Assembly: GCA_963751455.1 (NCBI GenBank)
Contig: CAVVUN010000002.1
Span: 576,001-640,000 of the forward strand
Origin: Nitrospirota bacterium
GTDB taxonomy: Bacteria > Nitrospirota > UBA9217
Length of the DNA stretch: 64,000 nucleotides
Direction: 5' to 3'
A program made the position numbers and the translations under genes. Positions within the stretch are counted from its first letter, which is position 1; each line of letters starts with the position of its first letter. The notes under the pieces were generated by a model that was not told the origin of the DNA, did not search any database, and saw only the letters and a program-made list of their open reading frames with translations. Below are positions 21,455-31,513 of this stretch, one piece after another.

Positions 21455-22636
21455 ATGAGCAAACATCTTATCTTCGTCGGCGCCGGACACGCCCACCTTA
21501 TTGCCCTTGCCCGCTGCGCAGAGTATGTCCGGCGCGGCCACAAAGTCACGGTCATCAATCCCTCTCCATACCATTATTATTCCGGCATGGGGCCCGGCGT
21601 GCTGTCCGGCATCTATCGGCCGCAGGACATCCGCTTCAATATCAGGAAGATGGTTGAAGCCCGGGGCGCACTCTTTATCCGAGATGCCGTTGCTGTCATC
21701 GATGCCGCAAAACGCGTGCTGCGCCTGGAGACCGGACAAGAACTGAAATACGACGTGGCCTCGTTCAATACCGGCAGCGGTGTTCCCCTGGAGGGTTTGA
21801 ATTCCGGAAAGAGTGCATCCGACTCAACCCCTGCCGCAGGGAGCTTCAATTCACGTGCGGCCGCGGTTTTTACAGTCAAGCCGATCATCAATCTCATAAA
21901 GGCCAAAGAATGCATCGCCGGAGCAGTCCTCAAAAAAGAACTGGATGTCATTGTTATAGGCGGCGGTCCCGCAGGCCTGGAAGTCGCATCCAACGCCTGG
22001 CGGCTGGTGTATGACCTCGGAGCTAAAGCGCGCATCACCCTTATCGCGGGACAGCAGCTGCTGCAGGGTTATCCGGAGAAGGCCTTTAGGATTGCCAGGG
22101 CGTCGCTCAAGCGGCGCGGCATAAGGCTTTTGAACGGCATACGAGCCGATGCCATGGACAACGGCATTGTGAAATTAGCCGGCGGCGCAACCATACCGTT
22201 CGACGTCTGTTTTGTTGCCACGGGTGTCACGCCTTGGCCGGTGTTCAAGAAAGCGGGGCTGCCCACAGGACAGAGCGGCGGCCTTCTCGTCAACCGGTAC
22301 CTGCAGAGCGTCTTGCATCCGGAGTTGTTCGGAGGCGGAGACTGTATCGATTTCGAAGGCCGGTCCCTTGCAAAAGTGGGCGTATACGCAGTACGTGAGA
22401 GCCCCGTGCTTTTTCGGAATCTGCTTGCGGCTTTGGAGAACGGCCGGATGCGGGAATTCGTTCCCCAGGGAACGTACATGCTCATCTTTAACCTTGGGGA
22501 CGGGACAGGGCTTGTGCGGCGCGGATCCTGGATCTGGAACGGCAGGCTTGCCTTTACGGTAAAGGACCTCATAGACAGGAAATTTATGCGAACATTTCAG
22601 CTATCCGGCGAACGCGAGGAAACTGCAGACCTATGA
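21455..22636 (+). CDS. FAD-dependent pyridine nucleotide-disulfide oxidoreductase (NDH-2 / SelD N-terminal-like)
   Basis: VGAGHAH, YYSGMGPG, VKP, IGGGPAGLE, FGGGDC, KVGVYAVRE, KDLIDRKFM. Confidence 0.85.
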   Translation: MSKHLIFVGAGHAHLIALARCAEYVRRGHKVTVINPSPYHYYSGMGPGVLSGIYRPQDIRFNIRKMVEARGALFIRDAVAVIDAAKRVLRLETGQELKYDVASFNTGSGVPLEGLNSGKSASDSTPAAGSFNSRAAAVFTVKPIINLIKAKECIAGAVLKKELDVIVIGGGPAGLEVASNAWRLVYDLGAKARITLIAGQQLLQGYPEKAFRIARASLKRRGIRLLNGIRADAMDNGIVKLAGGATIPFDVCFVATGVTPWPVFKKAGLPTGQSGGLLVNRYLQSVLHPELFGGGDCIDFEGRSLAKVGVYAVRESPVLFRNLLAALENGRMREFVPQGTYMLIFNLGDGTGLVRRGSWIWNGRLAFTVKDLIDRKFMRTFQLSGEREETADL

Positions 22637-23472
22637 GCATCATTGATTATTTCAAGCCGGTGCCGGCCATGTCGGCGGAAGAGGTAAGGGAAATCTTGAA
22701 CAGGAAAGATCCGTCCGAGTACAACCTGGTGGACGTGAGGCAGCCTCGGGAATACGAACGGGGACATCTTCCGGGCGCACGGCTGATACCCGTGAGCGAA
22801 CTTCCGACACGCGCCCGCGAACTCGATCCGGACAAAATGACGATTGTCTATTGAGGGTCCGGTGTTCGCAGCCGTGCGGCTGCGTCCATACTTGAAAGCT
22901 CCGGTTATACCAATGTCTACAGCATGGATGGAGGCATCCGCGCCTGGCAAGGCCTTACTGCCGCGGGAGCTCCCGAGGCTGGTATGGCTTATTTCCCGGA
23001 GAACGCCTCCGCGGAGGAGCTCATCGGCCTGGCGTGGCTGCTTGAGGACGGCTCCCTGAGATTTTACAGTGAGCTGTCGAAGCGGGTCCGGGACAGTGAT
23101 GCAGCCGGTCTGTTCCGGCAACTCGGTGTCTCGGAACAGCTACATGTATCCGCCCTTACCAGGCTCTATAAGGAAATAACGGACTCAGACCCGAGCTCCG
23201 ACTTCCCCGGCTCATTACTGCGACCCGGTACCCCTGATGACATCATGGAGGGCGGCGTCAGTGTTCCCGGCGCTCTTGACTGGGCAAAAGGGAGCAGCGT
23301 GACGGATGTTCTGGAGCTCGCGCTTGCCCTGGAGGCCAGCTCCTATGATCTCTATATCAAGATGGAGCGGAGAGCGGGGGATAGTAGGTCAAAGAAGGTT
23401 TTCTCAATCCTTTCCTCCGGAGAGAAGAACCATTTAGACCGCCTGGCTTCGCTGATGGGTAGAAAATATTGA
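22633..23472 (+). CDS. Probable selenoprotein: rhodanese domain (Sec at TGA 22852-22854) fused to a ferritin/rubrerythrin-like domain
   Basis: VDVRQPREYERGHLPGA...IVY-TGA-GSGVRSRAAA...SMDGGIRAW is one continuous frame. The TGA sits at the catalytic Cys position. The C-terminal domain has LE..S..FY, E..H, LE..S..LY and E..H motifs. Confidence 0.85.
22867..22884 (+). promoter_or_regulatory. Putative bacterial SECIS hairpin
   Basis: CGCAGCC-GTGC-GGCTGCG stem-loop starts 12 nt after the in-frame UGA. Confidence 0.7.
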
Positions 23473-23561
23473 AATAGTGATTTAATTGCAAAATGCAAAT
23501 TGCAAATTGTAAATGTCAAATCGAGACGCTGATAATGCACACTGGTTAATTTGTAATGCAC

Positions 23562-24593
23562 TTACCTGTTTCCCCGCCGTATTCGCAGCACGATCCTACC
23601 GAGGATGTGGCCCTGTTCGAGCCTCTCGTGCGCCTTGGAAGCTTCCCGCAGGGGAAAAACTTCAGAGATCGGAATAATGAGCCTCGCCTTTGCTGCAGCA
23701 TGCTCCAACCGTTCGAATTCTTTTGGACCGGGCTGCGCATCATAAGAGGTCACTTGGATATTCCTGCGTTTCCGGGGTACAGGCCAGACCCCGTTCGGGT
23801 ATGCAATCCGTCCGTCACTGCGCACCAGATCAAGGCAGGCTTCAAGTGTTTCACTGCCGGCCAGAATGAGCGCTGCATCGATCCCGTCCGGCGCAAGCTG
23901 CCCAAGCCGCTCGACCGCATCGCTGCTCCGGGCGTCGAATACGCCGTTCGAACCGAGTTTTAAGACAAGTTCGGCGCCTTGGCTGTCTGACGCAGTTGCA
24001 ATCACCCGCGCGCCATGGCGCTTTGCGAACTGGATGGCGAGCGTTCCCACTGCTCCCGTGGCTCCGAAGATGAGCACAGTTTCACCGCGGCCCACCCGGA
24101 GCGCATCATCGATACCCTGCAGCGCGGTCAAGCCGGTAGTCGCACCCGCACCTGCCTGTTCGAAGTCCAGGCGGCGCGGCATGTTTCCGACGTGCGCCAC
24201 GTCCACGGCAACGTACTCGGCATAGAACCCGCCCTTCGGATTCGCATAATGGTAGGCCCAGACCCGGTCACCGATATCAAATCGCCTTACGCGCGACCCC
24301 CGAAGAGCCACAATGCCTGCCCCATCGGTTCCGGGAACAAGCGGAAACCTCGGCTTGCCTGAAGGTTTCCACGAACCGTCCCTGACCGAAGAATCCCAGG
24401 AGCCCACACCGGCGGCGTGGAGTTCTATCAGCACTTCGGTCGGCCCAGGCAGCGGCACGGACAGCGTATGAAGTCTGATGACCTGAGGGGGTCCGAACTC
24501 TTCCATCGCAGCCGCGTTCATGGCTCCGGGCACCTTGCCGTTCTGTAAAGATGAGGGTTTCGGCCGGATAGTTTTGTGTATTGTCGTTGTCAT
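23562..24593 (-). CDS. NADP-dependent quinone oxidoreductase / medium-chain dehydrogenase
   Basis: FGPP, PLVPGTDGAG, GDRVW, GGFYAEY, GLTALQG, LIFGATGAVG, AHERLEQGH..GRIVL. Confidence 0.88.
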   Translation of the reverse strand: MTTTIHKTIRPKPSSLQNGKVPGAMNAAAMEEFGPPQVIRLHTLSVPLPGPTEVLIELHAAGVGSWDSSVRDGSWKPSGKPRFPLVPGTDGAGIVALRGSRVRRFDIGDRVWAYHYANPKGGFYAEYVAVDVAHVGNMPRRLDFEQAGAGATTGLTALQGIDDALRVGRGETVLIFGATGAVGTLAIQFAKRHGARVIATASDSQGAELVLKLGSNGVFDARSSDAVERLGQLAPDGIDAALILAGSETLEACLDLVRSDGRIAYPNGVWPVPRKRRNIQVTSYDAQPGPKEFERLEHAAAKARLIIPISEVFPLREASKAHERLEQGHILGRIVLRIRRGNR

Positions 24594-24715
24594 AAGGCAC
24601 CTCCATAAAACTATTATGGAAAAGAGCGCGGGAACAGTCAATTTGACAAAAGGATGATGATGAATCGCTCCCTGGCCCAGCTAAAAAACTGTCCCGCTCG
24701 AAATCCGGCATGCCC

Positions 24716-24743
24716 TGAAAATACCCTTACCGGGGTATTTTCA
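24716..24743. other. Perfect 11-bp inverted repeat in a divergent intergenic region (operator or hairpin)
   Basis: TGAAAATACCC-ttaccg-GGGTATTTTCA. Confidence 0.5.
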
Positions 24744-24844
24744 TTTCAAGGGAAACAATATACAGTAGAGAGTATGGCGGGCACCGAGGCGCATGACGCG
24801 GGGATGCAAGCAATAAGCGAAATCTGATTTTAAAAGGAGAAAGA

Positions 24845-25204
24845 ATGAATCGTATTCAATTTATTAACCATAACGGGAAACAAATTCTGCGCTTGGATTT
24901 CACCCATGCAAAAGCGGAGGAGGTGATCGGGATCATTAACCAGGCGAAACCGGTCATAGCCGCCCAGCCGGTTAAATCTATCAGGACACTGACGGATGTC
25001 ACGGATATGTCTTTCAATACGAAGGCCACCGAGGCACTGAAGGAATTCGCGAGCCACAACAAGCCGTTTGTAACCGCCGCAGCTGTGGTCGGCATTACCG
25101 GTCTCAAGCAGATCATCTATAACGCGGTCGTCAAATTCTCCGGCAGGAACCTGGTAGCATTCGATTCCTCCGACCAGGCAAAAGATTGGCTGGCGAGCCA
25201 GTAA
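24845..25204 (+). CDS. Small STAS/SEC14-like hypothetical protein
   Basis: AAAGGAG RBS; pattern LTDVTD...AVVGITG...F.S..QA..WL. Confidence 0.65.
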   Translation: MNRIQFINHNGKQILRLDFTHAKAEEVIGIINQAKPVIAAQPVKSIRTLTDVTDMSFNTKATEALKEFASHNKPFVTAAAVVGITGLKQIIYNAVVKFSGRNLVAFDSSDQAKDWLASQ

Positions 25205-25271
25205 ATAAGGTCACGTTCGGAACGGTCTTCAGTTCAATTGCCAGCCCCGTGCACTCTCCGAACCGCAATTT

Positions 25272-25757
25272 TCATGCTGCTTCATCCGATTGCGCACGCT
25301 CACCGGGAGCGGTAACTTCGCTTCGATCAAGCTCCAAATTGCCGTCAATGAACTTCAGGTTGTACTTGAACCGGTCTATTCTCCATTCCCCTTCCTTCCT
25401 GACCAGGTGGATATTATAGCTGCCTACGAAGGTCCTCGTATTGCGGTTTGATTTATTCGGCAAATAATGCCAAGCTGTTCCGTAACAGAAGACATTGGCT
25501 TCGTTCTCCATCATGTCCACAAGAAAGTTCCCAGCCTGGTGGTGCACGGCCTTCAAGGCTTTGAGTCCGCGGTCCCAGTTGTCGACAATTTCCCTGGGCG
25601 TTGTCATCGAAGGCCTGCCTCCACTGACCGATTCCATGTCAAAGAAGACGTTTTGTGTGAACAGCGATTCGACCTCTCGCCAATTTCTGTTGTCGGTGTC
25701 GATGAAGAGCCGGTTTACAGTATCTATAACTCGGTCTTTCTCCGTCGAAGTGTTCAT
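25272..25757 (-). CDS. SnoaL-like / NTF2-family protein
   Basis: DNRNW..V..LF, HHQAGNF.V, G.Y...LVR..GEWRI. Confidence 0.85.
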   Translation of the reverse strand: MNTSTEKDRVIDTVNRLFIDTDNRNWREVESLFTQNVFFDMESVSGGRPSMTTPREIVDNWDRGLKALKAVHHQAGNFLVDMMENEANVFCYGTAWHYLPNKSNRNTRTFVGSYNIHLVRKEGEWRIDRFKYNLKFIDGNLELDRSEVTAPGERAQSDEAA

Positions 25758-25807
25758 GCCTGGCCTCCGTACTCTTTTCTGGTTTAAGCAGTAAACAGGT
25801 AAATATC

Positions 25808-26113
25808 TTATGCAGCCTTCCTTCGCCTGCCGTAGAGATCCCGCAGCGCGTCCTTTGCCGATTCCAGCAGGCTGCGGTCCGTCCTGGAAAGCTGCTTTCC
25901 CGCCCGGTTTATATAGAAGGTCAGCATCGACATTGCGGAACGGTACGGATCGCTCTTGCGGTGAGTGCTTCGCTCCGCGGATTTTTTAAGGGAGCGGGCT
26001 ATGCTGCGAGGATCTTTTTTTGAAAACACGCCGGATTCCAGCTCGAGTGCATGGCTCTTTTCGGTCACGCGCCGTGACCACTGTTTACGCTGAGGGGTGC
26101 GGGAGGAAACCAT
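25808..26113 (-). CDS. DUF3175-like protein
   Basis: WSRRVTEKSHAL.LE.GVF, IARSLKKSAE, SAMSMLTFYINRAG. Confidence 0.85.
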   Translation of the reverse strand: MVSSRTPQRKQWSRRVTEKSHALELESGVFSKKDPRSIARSLKKSAERSTHRKSDPYRSAMSMLTFYINRAGKQLSRTDRSLLESAKDALRDLYGRRRKAA

Positions 26114-26288
26114 AGGACACCTCCTGACAGATCTGAAAGATCAAGGGTTGGTACGAGCGACAAAAGAGAATGAGGTGTTGTTCATTCAGACGTTTTATCT
26201 TAATGTCGCTTTGTTTAATTTTAGCAGACCAGCGCAGCTTCATTCTATGGTTGGAAAGAGAAGCGGGGTTATGATTCAATGGAAGAAA

Positions 26289-27110
26289 TTACGCTACGCC
26301 GGGTTTCACGTTTTTCAGCATAAACACGAAGGAACCGATCCTGATCGTGCTCTTCATGAGTACGGGGATCTTCCGGCTGTCGTCAGTGAGCCAGATGAAG
26401 ACTTCGCCTTTGTTCTGGAAGGCGCCTTCGTAGAGAGGGCGCGTCTTGACCTTAATGGTGGAAAATTCTCCTGCAGGCGTTTTTACTTTCTCTCTACCGA
26501 GCGTATGGACCTCGATGGACCAGTTCTTTCCGCTGTCATAGACATCTATGGCAAATACTTTTCCTATTGTGAAGTCGGTCTTCGTTCGGAGATAGTAAAG
26601 CGAGGCGAGACCGTCCTGGACGCGTGCGGGTACGGACCAGGTCTCGGGAGTTCCCTGGCCGAGCCTGCATACCACAGTATTCTGCGATCGGTCGAAGACC
26701 GCGCTCCGATATCTCTTTTTCTTGCCAAAGCTCTCGGCGATGTCAAAGGACAGGCTTTGCATGATCTCCGGGTCGAATATGCTCCTAACCGTATCATTCA
26801 CCGGGAAAACCTTGTTGAGCAGGCCCCTTGACCTGCCGGTCAGGATAAAGGCAAGGACTTGCTTTCCTTTGGGAAGCGTTTCCTGCCTGACTTCCATCAC
26901 TGCGGTTCCTGCTCTCAGCATGTTGGACCAGCTGACGTCATAGGCGAGCATCTCTCCCGGCAGGAGGGCCTGTGACAGCCTTGTTTGCCGTGGTTCCTGG
27001 TTTTCGAAGCTATAAAGACGGGGAACGAATACAAGTCCGAAAATAAGAGTGCAAACAACTGCCGAGGTTGAAATAACCCTGCGGGATTCGTTTCGGAATG
27101 ACTGGAACAT
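26289..27110 (-). CDS. DUF3108-like protein
   Basis: GE.L.Y.VSW...AG.A, D.LAS.YYLR, GRE.V.TPAGEF, IWLTDD.RKIPV. Start is uncertain. Confidence 0.75.
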   Translation of the reverse strand: MFQSFRNESRRVISTSAVVCTLIFGLVFVPRLYSFENQEPRQTRLSQALLPGEMLAYDVSWSNMLRAGTAVMEVRQETLPKGKQVLAFILTGRSRGLLNKVFPVNDTVRSIFDPEIMQSLSFDIAESFGKKKRYRSAVFDRSQNTVVCRLGQGTPETWSVPARVQDGLASLYYLRTKTDFTIGKVFAIDVYDSGKNWSIEVHTLGREKVKTPAGEFSTIKVKTRPLYEGAFQNKGEVFIWLTDDSRKIPVLMKSTIRIGSFVFMLKNVKPGVA

Positions 27111-27211
27111 GGGACAAACTACCAGACCCAGGTCCCTGAAGTCAAATATTTGTACATTCAAGGTATTCGAACGTAAAGAAAATCGTGTACTCGCCGATTA
27201 TTTACATATTT

Positions 27212-27227
27212 TGTGAACCGGGTCACA
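27212..27227. promoter_or_regulatory. CRP-type operator TGTGA-N6-TCACA
   Basis: TGTGAaccgggTCACA with an AT-rich left flank, between divergent genes. Confidence 0.6.
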
Positions 27228-27301
27228 GACCGGGCATTCCTGTTCTGTTATCGTTTGCTTAATACAATAGTATGTCCAAATAGAGAATAGGGCGCTTAAT
27301 T

Positions 27302-28342
27302 ATGGGAAAGTCTTATAAAATGACTGCAGCAGGCCTCAAAAGGGCTTTTATTCCGATTATGGCGGCGGCGTTTCTTGCCGCGATTTCGAATCAAGCGGCT
27401 GCGGTATCGCATTATGACCCGATAACCGAAGCCGAAGTTCTCTCTTCGCAAGCCTTTAATGCGTCGCCGTCCCCGGAACAACCATCAAGGAGAGAAGGCG
27501 TTCACCTGCCGATCATCCTGAATGACAGCGTTGAAGCGTATATTGAACACTTCACAGCCGAAAAAAAGACGTTTCAAGCAGGGTTAAACAATTCGATGCC
27601 ATATCTTCCCCTGATGAAAAAAATATTCAGGGAAGAAAACCTTCCCGAAGAGCTCGTTTACGTAGTAATGATCGAAAGCTGGTTTAATCCGACAGCTGTA
27701 TCCCGTGCGAGCGCCGTAGGGCTCTGGCAGTTTATGGCCGGCACAGCACGCGAGTACGGTCTCCGAAACGACCAATGGATCGATGAACGGAGGGACCATG
27801 TTAAAGCGACCAGAGCTGCTGCGCGGTACTTCAGGGCGCTTCATTCGCGGCTGCGTTCATGGACGCTCGCCATGGCTGCCTACAACGCGGGAATGGGCAA
27901 ACTGCGGCAAGCGATATTCGGTACCGGGTCCGAAGACTTCTGGGACTTGAAACAGTCGGCATATTTGAGAAAGGAAACGAAAAGCTTTGTGCCTAAAATC
28001 ATGGCTGCCGCGATAATCGCCAGAGACCCGGCTGCCTATGGATTCCGGATTTCCGCCCGCCAGCCGCTTCGTTTCGATGTCGTAGAGATCCGAACAAGCA
28101 CGGATCTCCGGAACGTGGCAAAGGAGATCAAGACTCCTTTAGCCACGATCAAATCACTGAACCCCGAGATCAAGGGCAGCTTTACGCCTCCGCGCAGATA
28201 TTTGCTAAAGGTTCCTGAGGGGAAAAGAAAAATATTTATCGCAAAGAGGGGCGGCTCTGGAAGGGATGTGTATAATGCCGGCCGCACTGCTGTTTCTTCA
28301 GGCGTCAGTGCGCGTCTCGGTCCGAATTTGCCGGAAAGTTAG
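27302..28342 (+). CDS. Lytic murein transglycosylase (MltD-like)
   Basis: IES.FNP.AVS.ASAVGLWQFM..TA..YGL, DERRD, AAYNAG, ET..FVPK, LNPE. Confidence 0.9.
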   Translation: MGKSYKMTAAGLKRAFIPIMAAAFLAAISNQAAAVSHYDPITEAEVLSSQAFNASPSPEQPSRREGVHLPIILNDSVEAYIEHFTAEKKTFQAGLNNSMPYLPLMKKIFREENLPEELVYVVMIESWFNPTAVSRASAVGLWQFMAGTAREYGLRNDQWIDERRDHVKATRAAARYFRALHSRLRSWTLAMAAYNAGMGKLRQAIFGTGSEDFWDLKQSAYLRKETKSFVPKIMAAAIIARDPAAYGFRISARQPLRFDVVEIRTSTDLRNVAKEIKTPLATIKSLNPEIKGSFTPPRRYLLKVPEGKRKIFIAKRGGSGRDVYNAGRTAVSSGVSARLGPNLPES

Positions 28343-28670
28343 GTCTATTTCGGATACGTAAGATAACGCCAATGAAGTTCACGATCCTTTTCGTGCAGTC
28401 CACTCACACTGCCGTGCAAGCATGCCACAGTGTTTTTCGGTCTTTCTGATATATAAGGCCACCCTCAGCACCCACGCTTCGCTGTGCTGTTTGGTTTATT
28501 TTTTTGATCATTTTTTTCACACATGACAAAGCACGGTCAGTGTTCGCGAACCGCAGGGCGCTTTTGGAACTGCAAGTGCTGACCAAGAATCGTGAACATG
28601 TGACATGAAGTTCCGGTCCTTTTCTTCAGTCGACGCCTTTAGAACGCATTCCGCAATCCGCAATCCGCAA

Positions 28671-30473
28671 TTAAACCGGCACGGTGAACGTGAACGTGCT
28701 GCCCTTGCCGTGCGTGCTCGTTGCCCATATCCTGCCGCCATGGTGTTCGACGATCTGCCGTGATATGGCAAGACCGAGGCCGGTGCCTTCTATCGCGGCT
28801 GTAAGCTTGTCGTCCAACCGATGGAACTTCTCGAATATCAGCTCAAGATCGCCTGCCGGTATGCCCATGCCGGTATCCGAGATCTCTACAGCAATCTGCG
28901 CCCGCGGAGTTGTTTCATGACGTACCGCAATATGAATTGAGCCGCCTGCCGGCGTGAACTTGACCGCATTTGACAATATGTTCATCATCACCTGAATGAG
29001 GCGGTCCTGGTCCCCGGAGACTGGCGGGAGCGGCGGGCTAATCGCGGTTGTCACGCGCAGTCCTTTGTTCTCGAACAGCACACCCATGCTCATAATAACT
29101 GTCCCGATAACATCTTCGAGGGACACCTTGTCAATTTGCCACTTCATAGAGCCTGCTTCAATCCTGGCAAGATCGAGCAGGTCGGTTATCAGGCGCGTGA
29201 GCCGGTCTGTTTCGACGTTGATAGTGCTCATGAGCTTCACTCTCCGCTCTTGCGGCATCGTCTGCTTAATAAGAAGCAGTTCAACGAACGACTTTATGGT
29301 CGTGAGAGGAGTGCGCAATTCGTGAGAAACCATGGATATAAAGTTGGATTTCATTTTATCGATTGACTGAAGTTTATCATTTGCCTCCTGGAGTTTTGCG
29401 ATAAGTTGCTCCCGCTCCACCTCGGCGCGCTTGCGATCGGTGATGTCGTTCATCAGGCAGACTGTGGCCACAGGTTCTCCGCGTTCATTGTAAATGCTTG
29501 AGGTAGACAAACTCAGCACCCGCTCGTCACTTTCCCGGCGACGGTACATCAGCTCCCTGTTCTGAACCGTTCCGTTCCCAACGATGACTTCAAGTTGTTT
29601 CGCAAAATCGCTGCACTGTGTCATTCCCTGTGACGGCCGTTTTCCGATAAGGTCCTGTTCAGGATAGCCGAGCGTGCTGCAGGTTGCCCGGTTTACCAGC
29701 CTGACGACCCCGTCAGGATCAATAACAATCAGTGCGTCGTTCATGGTGTCGATGATCTCCTGTGCAGCAATCGCCGGTGTGATGTCTACCAGCCGATACC
29801 GCCAGATCGTGCGGGCCACCAGGATTACCATGCAGAACATCGGGAGCGGACTCAGGGGGTAATAGGGCACCCCGAGCGCAGGAAGGAAGTCGAAGGCGCC
29901 GAGATAGCCGATCCCAATGGCGACGAGGAATGCTTTTACGCGGCGCTGCTTCGTTGAATTCGGCACGGACTTCCGGAACTCAACCCAATACAGCCTGAGA
30001 ATGACGACTGTCATTGCAAAGAAATAGGCAACGAACAGGTAGGCAGGCCACCGGTATTCAAGAAAAATGCCCCAGCGGTAGTGGTAAAATCGTTCGAACA
30101 GGACGTTCGTAAGAAGTGTCAGCGCAAGAAAAAGTGCTGATATGATCCATGCAATACGTAAGTGCAGCCGGTTCTGTTTGTCGGTTCCCAGTACCTGGAC
30201 CGTAAAATGAAACAGTGCCGCAGGAATCGCCGTTACGCCTGTGTTGGCCAATTTTATCCATTGGAATGCAATCTGTTCCGAAGAAGAAAACCAGGACATC
30301 GAGGCGGAGAAAAGCCAGGTAGAGGCTGCAAGGGTGTAAATGAGATACAGGAGACTGACGCGCGAACCTTTTTCTCGAACAGCTACGATCAAGCCGAGGA
30401 ACAGGACGGAAAAAGCGGTGACCAGCGACGGCAGGGCATGGATATTAAAGGTATAATTCGATACAGAAAACAT
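28671..30473 (-). CDS. Sensor histidine kinase (7TM + PAS + HisKA/HATPase)
   Basis: Seven hydrophobic segments, PAS (DALIVID..G.V.LVN), SHELRTPL, NILSNAVKF, DTGMGI, GTGLGL. Start is uncertain. Confidence 0.92.
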   Translation of the reverse strand: MFSVSNYTFNIHALPSLVTAFSVLFLGLIVAVREKGSRVSLLYLIYTLAASTWLFSASMSWFSSSEQIAFQWIKLANTGVTAIPAALFHFTVQVLGTDKQNRLHLRIAWIISALFLALTLLTNVLFERFYHYRWGIFLEYRWPAYLFVAYFFAMTVVILRLYWVEFRKSVPNSTKQRRVKAFLVAIGIGYLGAFDFLPALGVPYYPLSPLPMFCMVILVARTIWRYRLVDITPAIAAQEIIDTMNDALIVIDPDGVVRLVNRATCSTLGYPEQDLIGKRPSQGMTQCSDFAKQLEVIVGNGTVQNRELMYRRRESDERVLSLSTSSIYNERGEPVATVCLMNDITDRKRAEVEREQLIAKLQEANDKLQSIDKMKSNFISMVSHELRTPLTTIKSFVELLLIKQTMPQERRVKLMSTINVETDRLTRLITDLLDLARIEAGSMKWQIDKVSLEDVIGTVIMSMGVLFENKGLRVTTAISPPLPPVSGDQDRLIQVMMNILSNAVKFTPAGGSIHIAVRHETTPRAQIAVEISDTGMGIPAGDLELIFEKFHRLDDKLTAAIEGTGLGLAISRQIVEHHGGRIWATSTHGKGSTFTFTVPV

Positions 30474-30809
30474 CCCGTTTACCATACGACTGGCCTGCAT
30501 CATATGTGCAGCAGACTTGAAAACGAGTATATAGAAAAGGGAGCAGGTAGTCAACGCAGAACGGAGGTTCTCTGATAACGACGGCCAACTATTTATGTGA
30601 TATTTCAGGGAATACCACAACATTTTCGGGTCAGACCGCAAACTGTAGCGCAAAAAACGAGTATAAACAAAGGACGCAAAGAAAACAGCGTTTTTATTGC
30701 ACCAGAAACGATGGTCCGGGATGATGCAGGATTTTCGATTCCTTGACTTACATTCACGTCATGCTATCCTAAAAACAGGGAAGCTGAATGCACGGAGGCC
30801 GGTATTTTC

Positions 30810-31457
30810 ATGTCCGAAACCGCGATATCCACACTCTTTCTCGACATCGGCGGTGTTCTTCTTACGAACGGATGGGGCAGGAATTCCCGGAAACTGGCGG
30901 CAGCGAAGTTCAATTTCGATTTTGAGGACATGGACGAGCGGCATCATCTGACCTTCGACACCTATGAAGAAGGGAAATTAAGCCTCGATGAGTACCTGGA
31001 CCGCGTGATATTTCATTGCGAGCGTTCCTTCTCGAGGGACAAATTCAAAAGGTTCATGTTCGAGCAATCCCGGCCCTTTCCGGACATGATCGATCTTATT
31101 GCGGGAATCAAGCTGCGCTACGGACTGAAGATCGTGGCTGTGAATAACGAAGGACGGGAACTCTCGATCTACCGCATCCGAAAATTTGCCCTCGACGCCA
31201 TTATCGATATTTTCGTTTCCTCCTGTTTCGTGCATTTCCGCAAGCCCGATCCCGATTTTTACCGCATGGCGCTTGATATCGCCCATGCGGACCCGGCCGC
31301 TTCACTTTACATTGATGACCGGCAACTGTTTGCGGAAGTTGCGACGGCGCTCGGGATGGCGAAGAGCATCTATCACCGTTCGTACGAGGAGACCCGGATG
31401 GCGCTCGAAAGATACGGCCTCGCAATTGCGCAGCCGCCCGGTAAGCCCGAACAGTGA
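30810..31457 (+). CDS. HAD-family phosphatase
   Basis: FLDIGGVL, VNN, RKPD, YIDD. Confidence 0.88.
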   Translation: MSETAISTLFLDIGGVLLTNGWGRNSRKLAAAKFNFDFEDMDERHHLTFDTYEEGKLSLDEYLDRVIFHCERSFSRDKFKRFMFEQSRPFPDMIDLIAGIKLRYGLKIVAVNNEGRELSIYRIRKFALDAIIDIFVSSCFVHFRKPDPDFYRMALDIAHADPAASLYIDDRQLFAEVATALGMAKSIYHRSYEETRMALERYGLAIAQPPGKPEQ

Positions 31458-31513
31458 ATGAAAATGCCTCGTGAGGGCGCTCTGAATGCCACCTTACCTT
31501 AAAGGCGTTACAC

